IMG/VR virus record: IMGVR_UViG_3300005340_000038
Coordinates: 1 to 64,000 of that record
DNA: 64,000 nucleotides
Source: a virus
Reading direction: 5' to 3' (one strand)
Below the pieces are notes generated by a model, which saw only the letters and a program-made list of their open reading frames with translations, was not told the DNA's origin and ran no database searches. This document shows positions 47,637 through 56,776 of this stretch, piece after piece. A program made the translations under genes and the position numbers. Numbering within the stretch: the first letter of the stretch is position 1; each line of letters begins with the position of its first letter.

Positions 47637-48233
47637 TTAAGATGAGAGTGTGGCGGCGGGGTAATCGAACGAGGCAAGGAAGCGGTTTTTATCGGCCCGA
47701 AGATACGCTTGCCGTTCACACTCGGCGGTATCTTCTGGGCGAAGCGTGTGGACGTGGGCAGCGTCCCATTCACCATCCCATTGCGCGAATTTGGGCACCT
47801 CCGCGACCCACTCAAAGCCCGATTTGGCGATTGACTTTTTCGCTACCAAATTGGTCCTCCGGCATGCGGCAAAAATCGAGTAGATACCGAGTTGTGATGC
47901 CCAAACGAACATCCCCTGCTGATCTCGCACGCCGAGATGAGATGTGCTGCGAAACTCCGGCAGGTGATATAGCGCCATCCATGCCGTGGGGCTGCCCTGG
48001 TAGGTGGAGAGGTCGTGCAACCAACTCGCTCCGGCAACTTGCCCCCGATAGTAGATCAGGCAGAAGTGCATCTGGCCTGTCGCTGTTTTGTCTAAAAATG
48101 TTTCGAGTGAGCGAGGTAGTGGATCAACGTACTTCCCAATGCAGGCATCATCACGGTGGAATCGGCTCCAGAATTGGCTTAACTCCGAGGCCGAAAAGTC
48201 AGAAGAAACAAATACTTCCACTTGTGAAGCCAT
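47637..48233 (-). CDS. GNAT-family acetyltransferase
   Basis: YHLPEFR, A.CRRTN.VA...I.K.GF..V motifs; start uncertain (48233-48302). Confidence 0.65.
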   Translation of the reverse strand: MASQVEVFVSSDFSASELSQFWSRFHRDDACIGKYVDPLPRSLETFLDKTATGQMHFCLIYYRGQVAGASWLHDLSTYQGSPTAWMALYHLPEFRSTSHLGVRDQQGMFVWASQLGIYSIFAACRRTNLVAKKSIAKSGFEWVAEVPKFAQWDGEWDAAHVHTLRPEDTAECERQAYLRADKNRFLASFDYPAATLSS

Positions 48234-48608
48234 GGACTTTGTGGACTGGATACGCGGGTGCTGGACCCAAACACCATCGGGTAGGCAAAGAAGGGTTGGC
48301 AAGCGTTACCTCCTTTCAACGAATTGGCATCTAGAGATAAGGGTATCCCTTAATGATCAATTATGTCCATGGATATAGAAATCAATTTAATGGCTATACA
48401 CATGAATATATCATTGATCATTTAAATGATACGGCCTCTAGAGACTGCTGCCCAAGGATATCGTACAACATGAATATCGAGATGACTAGAGCGATGAGGC
48501 TATTTTTTAGACATAGCGGGCGGGTGAAATGCCCCTCTAGTTATTTCCCTGAAAAGGGAATCTGGGACAATATGACCGAGAATTGGTTAGAAACATGACA
48601 TTGTGTCA

Positions 48609-48744
48609 CTCGCAGCGGCAAAGCGGCGAAGTCGCTTGTCTCATCCGCAAGCGCGCCCCATCGAAACCTCTGGGGTTCCTCCAACGTCGCGTATCGTACC
48701 CCGTGCAACCCGATGCTGCCAGAGGTATCGAGTGCCGCTGCGAG
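48609..48744 (+). ncRNA. Putative structured ncRNA upstream of pentamer arrays
   Basis: 12-bp perfect closing stem 48609-20/48733-44; 12 of 13 bp inner stem 48661-73/48719-31; G-U pairs favour plus strand. Confidence 0.5.
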
Positions 48745-48770
48745 AGATGGATTGGTTTTGATGAGTAGCA

Positions 48771-49379
48771 GGCGCAGAGGAGCTAGGACAGGTGTGGCAT
48801 CGCCTTGCGTGGACGGGCAAGGCAGGGCATTACAAGGCGAGGCAATTATCATAGTAGTGGCAGAGCCCGGAATAGATTGGTAACGCGCGAGAAGCCGTGA
48901 CAAAGCAGGATATATTATCGCTATCTCTATCAATGCGGCATGGCGTGGCCAGGCGATGCGCAGCGCTGTGAGGCCAGGCGGGGTAAAGCGAGGCAAGGGT
49001 AGCTTAGTCGCGGTTGAATAATAAGACCAGGCTAGTCCCGGCTCGGCTAGGATGGGCGCAGAGAGGCAGGGCGTGGCCGCGCAAGGCGAAGCAAAGATTC
49101 ATATCATCCGCAATCATATTTGTTAACAAGGCAAGCTATAGTAGGTCTATCAATGGAGCAGGAGGCATTATAGATAGCTGGGCAATGCATGGACAGGTTA
49201 GGCTCGGCACGGAGAGGCTGGGCGCAGCAAGGCACAGCAAGGCGAGGCTAGATAGCACCATATAGCACAGAATATAAATATTAATCATAAGTTATAGATT
49301 AAAATTTCAATGTTCATCAGATGAGGCGTGGCATGGGGCGGCACTGCCTGGCAAGGATGCGCGCAGCACAGCAAGGCAA
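48771..49379 (+). repeat. Array of (G)G(C)NN pentamer blocks, upstream set (putative guide RNAs)
   Basis: Blocks 48771-48845 (15 units), 48859-48908 (degenerate), 48937-48996 (12), 49030-49094 (13), 49176-49250 (15), 49325-49379 (11), mostly AT-rich linkers. Confidence 0.85.
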
Positions 49380-49396
49380 TCTAATGGAGGCAACCA

Positions 49397-50011
49397 ATGA
49401 GTGTATTAAGTGCGTTACGCAAGGGTACTAGTGGATTAATCAAACGTCAGGTCGTCGTCGTCGGGCAGACAGATATCATGTTTGACCGATATGCGGGTGA
49501 CAATAATACGGAGTTGCAACCTTGGGACCGAGCCTATTACGCTCCAGACGGAAAGACGTTCGTGCTCCCTTCACTAAATATCATGAGTTTTTTATCGGGC
49601 ATGAACACCAGTTCGGCACCCAAGCGACTTTTGGACCCTCGAAAATACAAGAAGATTGCGGCGGCATGCCTGAGCTACATCCAGATAAGCCCAATGATCA
49701 TCCCATTTATGAGGGATGGGAAGCCGATTATTCTTGGTACCCCTGATGGCGACAGAGATGAACAGAGCGGAGCCTTTATTACCTATGGTGTAGCGCGGCT
49801 CGAAAAAGGCATCCCCAATCCGAAGGCTCGTCCTACGCTGCCTGTCCCGTGGTCGCTCATGTTCAACCTTGATATTTTCCCTAATGACGAAATCCAAGAG
49901 CAGCAGATATGCGATCTCTTCGTCAGGGGCGGGCTAGCGCTGGGATTTGGTACTTACCGCGGGGTGTATGGCAAATTCGTCGTTGAGTCATGGGATGAGC
50001 GCATAGATTAA
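49397..50011 (+). CDS. Stand-alone RAMP/Cas7-like RRM-fold protein
   Basis: VVVVGQTDIMF strand, YY..DG..FVLPS.NI, RP...W.L.F.L.I, C-terminal Gly-rich loop GGLALGFGTYRGVYGKFVV; GGAGG RBS. Confidence 0.7.
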   Translation: MSVLSALRKGTSGLIKRQVVVVGQTDIMFDRYAGDNNTELQPWDRAYYAPDGKTFVLPSLNIMSFLSGMNTSSAPKRLLDPRKYKKIAAACLSYIQISPMIIPFMRDGKPIILGTPDGDRDEQSGAFITYGVARLEKGIPNPKARPTLPVPWSLMFNLDIFPNDEIQEQQICDLFVRGGLALGFGTYRGVYGKFVVESWDERID

Positions 50012-50033
50012 CGATTAACAACATAACTAACCT

Positions 50034-50419
50034 GGCGGGGCTAGGCGATGTGCAGCACGGCTCTGCGGGGCGCTGACGGGCAAGGAAAGGCGAGTGTACT
50101 TAAGTCGGATGGATAAGCATAAGCTAGAGCTTGTATAGAAATAAGATAGGTTAATCACGGCCCGGCAGGGTGGGGCGGGGCAATGCTCTGCACCGCCAGG
50201 CCTGGCATGGCTAGGCAAGTCGGGGGTCCATAGAAAAGCCACACATATCTGTTTATTAAGATGAGTCAGGGCAAGGCACTGCACTGCGCTGCAAGGCGTT
50301 GCAAGGCAGCGCAAGGCAAGGCAAGGGTTATAAGGGTGAAAGTAAGGCGCGAATGACGTAGCTCTGCATGGATGGGAAGGGAAGTGCACGGCAATGCATT
50401 GAGGGGCGAATCAAGGCAA
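50034..50419 (+). repeat. Array of (G)G(C)NN pentamer blocks, downstream set (putative guide RNAs)
   Basis: Blocks 50034-50093 (12 units), 50159-50218 (12), 50270-50324 (11), 50360-50419 (12). Confidence 0.85.
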
Positions 50420-50539
50420 ATAATCATGCGAACATCATTTAAGCTCAAAACGAGGATGGATAAACCCAAATACGAAGAATATCAGCATCAGTTGTGGTCA
50501 AATCGTATGAGTCAACTCGGGCATCATGGAGGCAAGGCA

Positions 50540-51601
50540 ATGGCGAAACGTGCATCAACAGTGGCAATTATGAGCAATGGGCACATGGACGAAGCAGAGG
50601 TAGAGGAAATGACACCTATCATCGAGAGCGACATTGACAATGCAGGGCGAGATGGCAACTACACGATTAAGTCTAGAGAAGAGGTATGCAGCGTTGATCG
50701 ATGCCGCCTCTATCTGACCTACAACACCTACGAGCATCAGCGCCCGATTCGTGGGCATCACGTCGCGGGGCTCAATGTTGAGATGCGGCAAGGAACGTTC
50801 CGGCAGAGCACCGACATCTGCCTCGGAGTCGTGCGCGGCAAGAAAATGCTGATGGATGGGCAACATCGCCTACTAGCCGCATGCATGTGCGATATCCCTC
50901 AGCAATTTACGATCAAAGAATACCATCTTGACTCAATGGCCCAATTTGCCTCGCTCTATGCGACATTTGACCGGCACCTCATCAGGAGCCATATGGATGC
51001 GATGGGCGCATTTGGCGCAGCAGAAGAGGCGGGGGTGACGAAGAGTTTTATCCGCCGAGCTATTAGCGCGTTCCCCCTGTTGTCTACAGGTTTTGGACCG
51101 CGCATCCAGCATTGGTCTCAACCGATCATGCGAAGCTCCAATATCCGGTACAAGATGCTACTAGATTGGAAACGGGAGATTCATTTTTATTCTGATGATT
51201 TAACTGGCAGTAAAGATGCCGGATCTGTTAAAGGCAACATGATGCTGCGGCAAGCCGTCATGGCGCTAGCTTTTGTAACATACCGATACCAACAGGAAAA
51301 AGCGCATGAGTTTTGGAGCGGGATTGCTCGTGATGATGGACTCAAAGTAGGCGACCCGCGCAAGGTAGCGTTGAATTTTCTTTTTAACAATGATACGCAC
51401 GCATACTCTCCGTCTATGTATTGCCGTTTCCTTGCCTCGGCCTGGAATTCGTTCTACGCCAGCAAGGAGCGTAATAATATGCGGTCGGGCAATGCCGGGA
51501 ACCCGATTCATATTGCCGGGACGCCGCATACAAGCAGGCAAGTCATGGTCTACGTAACGAGAGGTGGAGACGTTTTGCATGACCCAATTCCGTTTGAATA
51601 A
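50540..51601 (+). CDS. ParB N-terminal-like (DGQHR) domain protein
   Basis: HQRPI...M..G.F...LMDGQHRLLA; start reassigned to MAKRAS after GGAGG. Confidence 0.65.
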   Translation: MAKRASTVAIMSNGHMDEAEVEEMTPIIESDIDNAGRDGNYTIKSREEVCSVDRCRLYLTYNTYEHQRPIRGHHVAGLNVEMRQGTFRQSTDICLGVVRGKKMLMDGQHRLLAACMCDIPQQFTIKEYHLDSMAQFASLYATFDRHLIRSHMDAMGAFGAAEEAGVTKSFIRRAISAFPLLSTGFGPRIQHWSQPIMRSSNIRYKMLLDWKREIHFYSDDLTGSKDAGSVKGNMMLRQAVMALAFVTYRYQQEKAHEFWSGIARDDGLKVGDPRKVALNFLFNNDTHAYSPSMYCRFLASAWNSFYASKERNNMRSGNAGNPIHIAGTPHTSRQVMVYVTRGGDVLHDPIPFE

Positions 51602-51614
51602 AGGAGGCCGAATA

Positions 51615-51875
51615 ATGAGCAACATCATGGGACTCGACGCATCAGTGATGCCGGATATGATCCTTATGCTTCTGCGTAACCCTGAAGTCACCGCTCACAT
51701 GAAGCATCAGGAGATTGACGAGGCGATAGAGCTACTCGTCAGAGCCGACGCGATAAAGGCGAGCGGCAGTCTCAATCGCCAGGCCGAGAGGCATCACACA
51801 CCAGCCGCGAGGGCATTGGGCGACCTAATGGCGATGTCTAGTATGGAGCCAGAGATCATGGATTGCGATTCATGA
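51615..51875 (+). CDS. Hypothetical protein
   Basis: AAGGAGG RBS. Confidence 0.5.
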   Translation: MSNIMGLDASVMPDMILMLLRNPEVTAHMKHQEIDEAIELLVRADAIKASGSLNRQAERHHTPAARALGDLMAMSSMEPEIMDCDS

Positions 51876-52275
51876 GCATCATATGATCAAGATATTACTA
51901 GGTGTAGCATTTATACTTTGGGTATATACTATATATGTTCTACTGAGAGATATTAACTAACAGGGAGGGATATGAATAGATGAGTCTTCTAGGTGTCGTC
52001 ATAGTCGCATTGTTGTCTATATTGATCTACAAGTATTTTACTGAGCATGGCAATCCGGGAGAATGAGAGAACGTTATGGTGCGGGAAGCAGTACTCCTAG
52101 CCGTCACTATCGTCCTTATAATGGCGACATGGGGCGTATATGTGTGGCTGATGTACAACAAAGATGAATAAGTGTGGATTGTGCAGGGTCAGTAGATGAG
52201 AGGGGCGGGGCAGGTGAAGGGTGAGAAATGCCCCGCCAAGGCACCCTAATTAATCATACAAGGACGGGAAGAATT

Positions 52276-53535
52276 ATGCAACGACCGATGGCGATTAGCG
52301 AACGTCGCATGCCGGAATTGGGGCGCATCCGTATGGGCGCCAAGCGCACGACCAAGAATAAGGCGGGGAAAGAGATCACATTCCCCACCTCGCTCGAAAC
52401 ATGGCGTCTCACAAGCCCAAGCCGAGAACGCCTGCTTGCCGCCGTTCAGCTTGGGTGGGGCGAGGAAGTCCAGCCTTGGCAATCCCCCGGCGGGCCACAG
52501 TGGGAACTCTATACCACGCTATCTGAGATCAATGTAGTTGTGCCGCCGTGGTCATCATTCAGCCGATTCTATGAGCAATGGGGCAGCAATCTCCTGGCGC
52601 GGCGTTGCGATGGCATGAATATTCTGGAGTCTAGCGAGGAGTCGGATATAGGTAGGCCCTGCATATGCATGGACCCTGACCAGAACGTGCCTGATAAATG
52701 CCCGTTGGTCACCCGGCTTCAAGTCATCATTCCTGAGCTGCCCGGTTTTGGCGTATGGCGCTTCGAGACGCATGGGATTAATAGCAGCATTGAGATGGCC
52801 GCCATCGTGCCATTTCTCGAAAAGCTGAGCTGCGAACGCACAATGGTCAACTGCGTACTCTCTATCGTGTCGCAGTCCAGCCGAGATAAGACGACAGGGC
52901 AGACGCGGCGATACAAGGTGGGCACGATCCAGCCGCGCCACGCTACCATGCTAGAGCTTGTGGCAGGGATGGTGCCCGATTCAGCCCTAGCGATACCACG
53001 CACTCCAGACCGCAAGCAGATACAGGCAGCGATGGGCGACCTGGGCTACGGAGATGAAGATATCCCTGTCCAGCACCACTCTATGATTGGGGATAGGATG
53101 CGAGAGTCGGAACCAAACCCGTTTGCCCCAGGGGGTGAATACGAGCATATTTCCGCTCCGGCGCAGGGCAGGCCGGAGGCTACGATTGTCCCTGAGGTAG
53201 ATGACCCTGACGGCAGCCTTGCCGAGATGCTGCGCCAATGCGATTCGTTGTTGTCGTTCGTGGGTGACGAGAGGTTTGTATCCGACCTCCTGACGCAGAT
53301 ATTCCACGGCAAGCCCGCTACCCGTGAATCGCTCGCCAAGGTGCCCGTAGCCGGTCGCGCTCGCGTGCTGCGCGTGTTGCGCCACTGCGTACAGGAGATC
53401 AAGCGCACGCATATGCCCCCGGCTGGCCGACTGCCCGAGTGGGTGCAGGAGGAGCGGAAGCGGATCGAGTCGATGACGGTACCGGCTGGCGATGGGGATA
53501 AGGCAAAGACTGAGGCGCTGAGCCTGGAGGGCTAA
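52276..53535 (+). CDS. Gp3-like / recombination directionality factor-like protein
   Basis: ELGRIRMG, P..LETWRLTS, RRCDG, TRLQVIIPELPG.GVWR.ETHG.N. Confidence 0.7.
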   Translation: MQRPMAISERRMPELGRIRMGAKRTTKNKAGKEITFPTSLETWRLTSPSRERLLAAVQLGWGEEVQPWQSPGGPQWELYTTLSEINVVVPPWSSFSRFYEQWGSNLLARRCDGMNILESSEESDIGRPCICMDPDQNVPDKCPLVTRLQVIIPELPGFGVWRFETHGINSSIEMAAIVPFLEKLSCERTMVNCVLSIVSQSSRDKTTGQTRRYKVGTIQPRHATMLELVAGMVPDSALAIPRTPDRKQIQAAMGDLGYGDEDIPVQHHSMIGDRMRESEPNPFAPGGEYEHISAPAQGRPEATIVPEVDDPDGSLAEMLRQCDSLLSFVGDERFVSDLLTQIFHGKPATRESLAKVPVAGRARVLRVLRHCVQEIKRTHMPPAGRLPEWVQEERKRIESMTVPAGDGDKAKTEALSLEG

Positions 53536-53538
53536 GTA

Positions 53539-53742
53539 ATGCCGAAATGCAAGGGGTGTGCTGATCTCGGGATAGAGTCGGGGGCAGATTGCGTATCCGA
53601 TGGTGAGTTTTACTGTGATATGTGCTTCGCATTCCACGAAGTCTACAAGAAAGTCAACGCTATGATTAAGGCGTTAGACGATCTCAAAGAGGTAGCTGAG
53701 GAGCTACCAGGGCAAGTGAGACGACTACTCAACGAGGCATAA
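53539..53742 (+). CDS. Small Zn-finger-like protein
   Basis: CKGC...CDMC. Confidence 0.45.
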   Translation: MPKCKGCADLGIESGADCVSDGEFYCDMCFAFHEVYKKVNAMIKALDDLKEVAEELPGQVRRLLNEA

Positions 53743-53747
53743 ACGCG

Positions 53748-54245
53748 ATGTCGAAAGCCTATCCAGAGAGCAAGTTTATTCGGGAAACAATGGACCTCTT
53801 ATATAAGAGCCATTGGCACGGGTTCCATGATTGGGCCGTCAATTTCAAGCATATCAATATCCCTGGCTATCCCGATATACAGGCTCTTTGGGCAGGCTCC
53901 TCACGCGCGACATCTTTTATCGTCGATCTGAAGGTTGATGGCAGGCAATTGACGCCTGAGCAAGACTCGTGGCTCATGCATTTCCATATGTGCGGATATA
54001 ATACCTTTGTCTGGCGTGAAGAACATTGGGACATGATGATTCATCACATCACTAATCATATATTGCCACCAATGGAATCCAGACACGGTTGGTACGCTCT
54101 GAATGAAGGGTATAGACGCACCATCAAAGATGTTATGACCATCGATGAGATATTGGAGGCAAGAGAAAAACGTAGACTCAAGACAATAGGTAAACGACGG
54201 GGAAAAGCGCCAACATCGAAAACCACCCGAACCAAGGATAGCTAG
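53748..54245 (+). CDS. VRR-NUC-like nuclease
   Basis: GYPDI...FIVDLK...LTPEQ..W.....G....VWR. Confidence 0.7.
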   Translation: MSKAYPESKFIRETMDLLYKSHWHGFHDWAVNFKHINIPGYPDIQALWAGSSRATSFIVDLKVDGRQLTPEQDSWLMHFHMCGYNTFVWREEHWDMMIHHITNHILPPMESRHGWYALNEGYRRTIKDVMTIDEILEAREKRRLKTIGKRRGKAPTSKTTRTKDS

Positions 54246-54257
54246 AGGGAGTCAACC

Positions 54258-55292
54258 ATGGCTCAGGTCCTTATGATTACGAACGATGAGCAGGAATCGC
54301 AGCATGCATTGTCCATAGGCCCCGTAATCAGCCAGAATCCCAGGATGCGAGCCATCTATGATATGGTGTCTCGCGTGGCGCAGACGAACGCTACCGTGCT
54401 CATTACGGGCGAGACGGGCACGGGCAAAGAACTGATCGCCAACTCGCTGCACGCGCAAAGCCCCAGGCGCAAGGGACCATTTGTCGCTGTCAACTGCGCC
54501 GCATTGCCCAACGATCTCATCGAGAGCGAGCTATTCGGGCACGAGCGGGGCACATTCACAGGCGCATATCAACGCCACATCGGCAAATTTGAGCAGGCGG
54601 ATGGCGGGACGCTATTCCTTGATGAGATTGGTAGCCTGCCCGTTCATCAGCAAGCCAAACTCCTGCGCGTCATCCAATCACGTCTCGTAGACCGCATCGG
54701 CAGCATCAGACCCACGCCCGTAGATATCCGCATCGTTGCCGCTACAAATGAACCCATCTCGGCACTCGTGCAGAAAAAGCTATTCAGGGAAGACCTATAC
54801 TACCGGCTCAATGTCGTCTCGGTCGATCTGCCACCCCTAAGAGAACGCAGGGGCGATATCCCCCTACTCGCTAATTACTTTTTGGCGAACCTATCCGCTA
54901 CAGTCGGCAGGCACCTGGAACTGACGGATGAGGCAATGGCATGCCTCGTACAATATGAGTGGCCTGGCAATGTCAGGGAGTTAGAGAACCTGATAGATCG
55001 GCTGATCGTGGTCATTCACCGTAAGCTGAAGAAAATAGGGATTTGCCACCTACGTAAAATAAACTTCAATGTACATAATGTCAAAGACGAATCTTCGCGT
55101 GACGTAGGATCATTGTTCGATATTAGTGATATCAATGAGGCAAAAAACGCATTCGAGGAACGATTTATAATAAATGCCTTGAAGCGTAATAATTGGAATC
55201 ACACAAAGACAGCTAAGGACATTTGTATACATCGCAACACACTCATTATGAAGATTGAAAAATTCAACATAAGGGGCGCTAGCGATGAATGA
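54258..55292 (+). CDS. Sigma54-dependent (NtrC-family) AAA+ activator lacking a sensor domain
   Basis: GETGTGKE, ESELFGHERGTFTGA, LFLDEIG, FREDLYYRL, WPGNVRELEN, Fis-type HTH. Confidence 0.92.
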   Translation: MAQVLMITNDEQESQHALSIGPVISQNPRMRAIYDMVSRVAQTNATVLITGETGTGKELIANSLHAQSPRRKGPFVAVNCAALPNDLIESELFGHERGTFTGAYQRHIGKFEQADGGTLFLDEIGSLPVHQQAKLLRVIQSRLVDRIGSIRPTPVDIRIVAATNEPISALVQKKLFREDLYYRLNVVSVDLPPLRERRGDIPLLANYFLANLSATVGRHLELTDEAMACLVQYEWPGNVRELENLIDRLIVVIHRKLKKIGICHLRKINFNVHNVKDESSRDVGSLFDISDINEAKNAFEERFIINALKRNNWNHTKTAKDICIHRNTLIMKIEKFNIRGASDE

Positions 55293-55533
55293 TCATAGCC
55301 CCCTGCTCCTTTGCTCTGTCTGTGGCAAGCCAGTCCGTGGCACGGATTATAATCTCATCTACCACGAGATCGTCCACACCGATTGGTCATGCTCAGGGCG
55401 AGTCATCAACAGACTCGCTATACCCTGCTCCTATCGCCTCAGATGGGTCGCTAGCGGCATGACACTAGGTGCGGCTCTGACGATTATCGGACTGGCTTTG
55501 TACGGCCATCTCCGCATCGCATGGGGGTGGTAG
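55285..55533 (+). CDS. Small membrane protein with CxxC
   Basis: CSVCG, C-terminal TM. Confidence 0.4.
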   Translation: MNDHSPLLLCSVCGKPVRGTDYNLIYHEIVHTDWSCSGRVINRLAIPCSYRLRWVASGMTLGAALTIIGLALYGHLRIAWGW

Positions 55534-56221
55534 GCATGAACGGAAGTAGTTAGGCCGCCATAAGATCGCCTGTAAGAGCCTTCAGTCTACCATCCGGCAC
55601 CTCAACCGAGATGCGGATGTTCAGCGCATTATTCTGGGCGAGGCGAGAAGCTTCCGCCACTGTCGCACCCCAGGGGCTATTGAAATCACAGACATTGACG
55701 CGGGCGGCGTGCGAATTGTTGCCTATGATGAATACGGCAAACGAGAATTGTATATCAAGACAAGCCAGCCGCTACGCATTGCAGACTTTCTGAGCGGGGG
55801 AAAATGACATGGCTATTGCAACCACAACAACTACGTGTTGGCATTGCGGGCGCATCTTTTACGCTGACGCGATGGGGATCAACCATACATGCTGCGAGTG
55901 CCAGGAGAAAGGCCACGCTGACCGCATGCCGGGGTTCTGGCCTTATGCCTGCGAGCAATGCCACCGCGACGAGATGAGTGATACAGAATCAAACGGAGTT
56001 GATTTCGATGATTGACGAGATTGAGTATCCAGGCGAGAAATATTGCGACCAGTTCGACTGTAGGGAGAAGGCAAAGATTCACTTGGAGTGTTGGCGGCTT
56101 GATGCGCCACAAAAGCCGCACAGAGTGGTATACTTATGCTACCGACATTTTCAGCGGGTGGTCAATATAGGCGAGTTCATGGATATCGCGGGAATGCGTA
56201 ATCTAGATGCGATGGGGTAGG

Positions 56222-56776
56222 CTATTGCTGCTCTGCGCGAGGGGAGATATAATCCCGGCTGATGACCTGGAGCCTCCCTTTCATGTCGTCTAAAGACCGC
56301 TCTAGTGACCTTATACGCTCGTCCCAACGCAGGCTGAAAGACTCAATGCGAGTGAACATATCCTTGATGTCCTGCCCGCGTGATTCTAGCGTCTCGATGC
56401 GGAGTTGGGTCACAGCCATCTCTTTGTTGATCGCGCCCTGTTCTTTGTTAAGTGATTGAATATTATCGAATAAAGTCTGCACGGACTGTTGGTATTTGCT
56501 GGTAATATCTTTATTTAACTCGACAGCGGCTTGTATTGTCTGGCTATTGCGCTCGATGGAGTTCCATATCTTGATGCGATCCTCTCGGCTACCCTGCCAG
56601 TCAAGCCATACCGACGCAGATACAGCGAAGATGGCAGCGAGCACGGGGCTAATAATGCCGATAAATAGGGGGTTCTCCCATACTCGTTTTAAGCTGGTCT
56701 CACCAGGGGGCGGCGACAGTGGCATGGGTTCCCCTTTGTGGTCTAATAATGTAGGCTCGGGGAACATATATATCAC
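56222..56776 (-). CDS. Membrane-anchored coiled-coil protein
   Basis: Single TM followed by heptad-rich region. Confidence 0.55.
   Translation of the reverse strand: MIYMFPEPTLLDHKGEPMPLSPPPGETSLKRVWENPLFIGIISPVLAAIFAVSASVWLDWQGSREDRIKIWNSIERNSQTIQAAVELNKDITSKYQQSVQTLFDNIQSLNKEQGAINKEMAVTQLRIETLESRGQDIKDMFTRIESFSLRWDERIRSLERSLDDMKGRLQVISRDYISPRAEQQ

Noticed and set aside
48771-50419. Canonical CRISPR array or simple microsatellite
   Set aside because: No identical 23-47-bp direct repeats with spacers; unlike a slippage microsatellite, two positions per unit vary while phase and block length are conserved.
48541-50469. ORFs 48541-48996(-), 49014-49265(+), 50027-50389(-), 50266-50469(-) and the 5' extension 50372-50539
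   Set aside because: Arg/Ala/Gly/Pro/Cys-rich translations of the period-5 repeats with no convincing RBS; 5-nt periodicity is not a coding signature.
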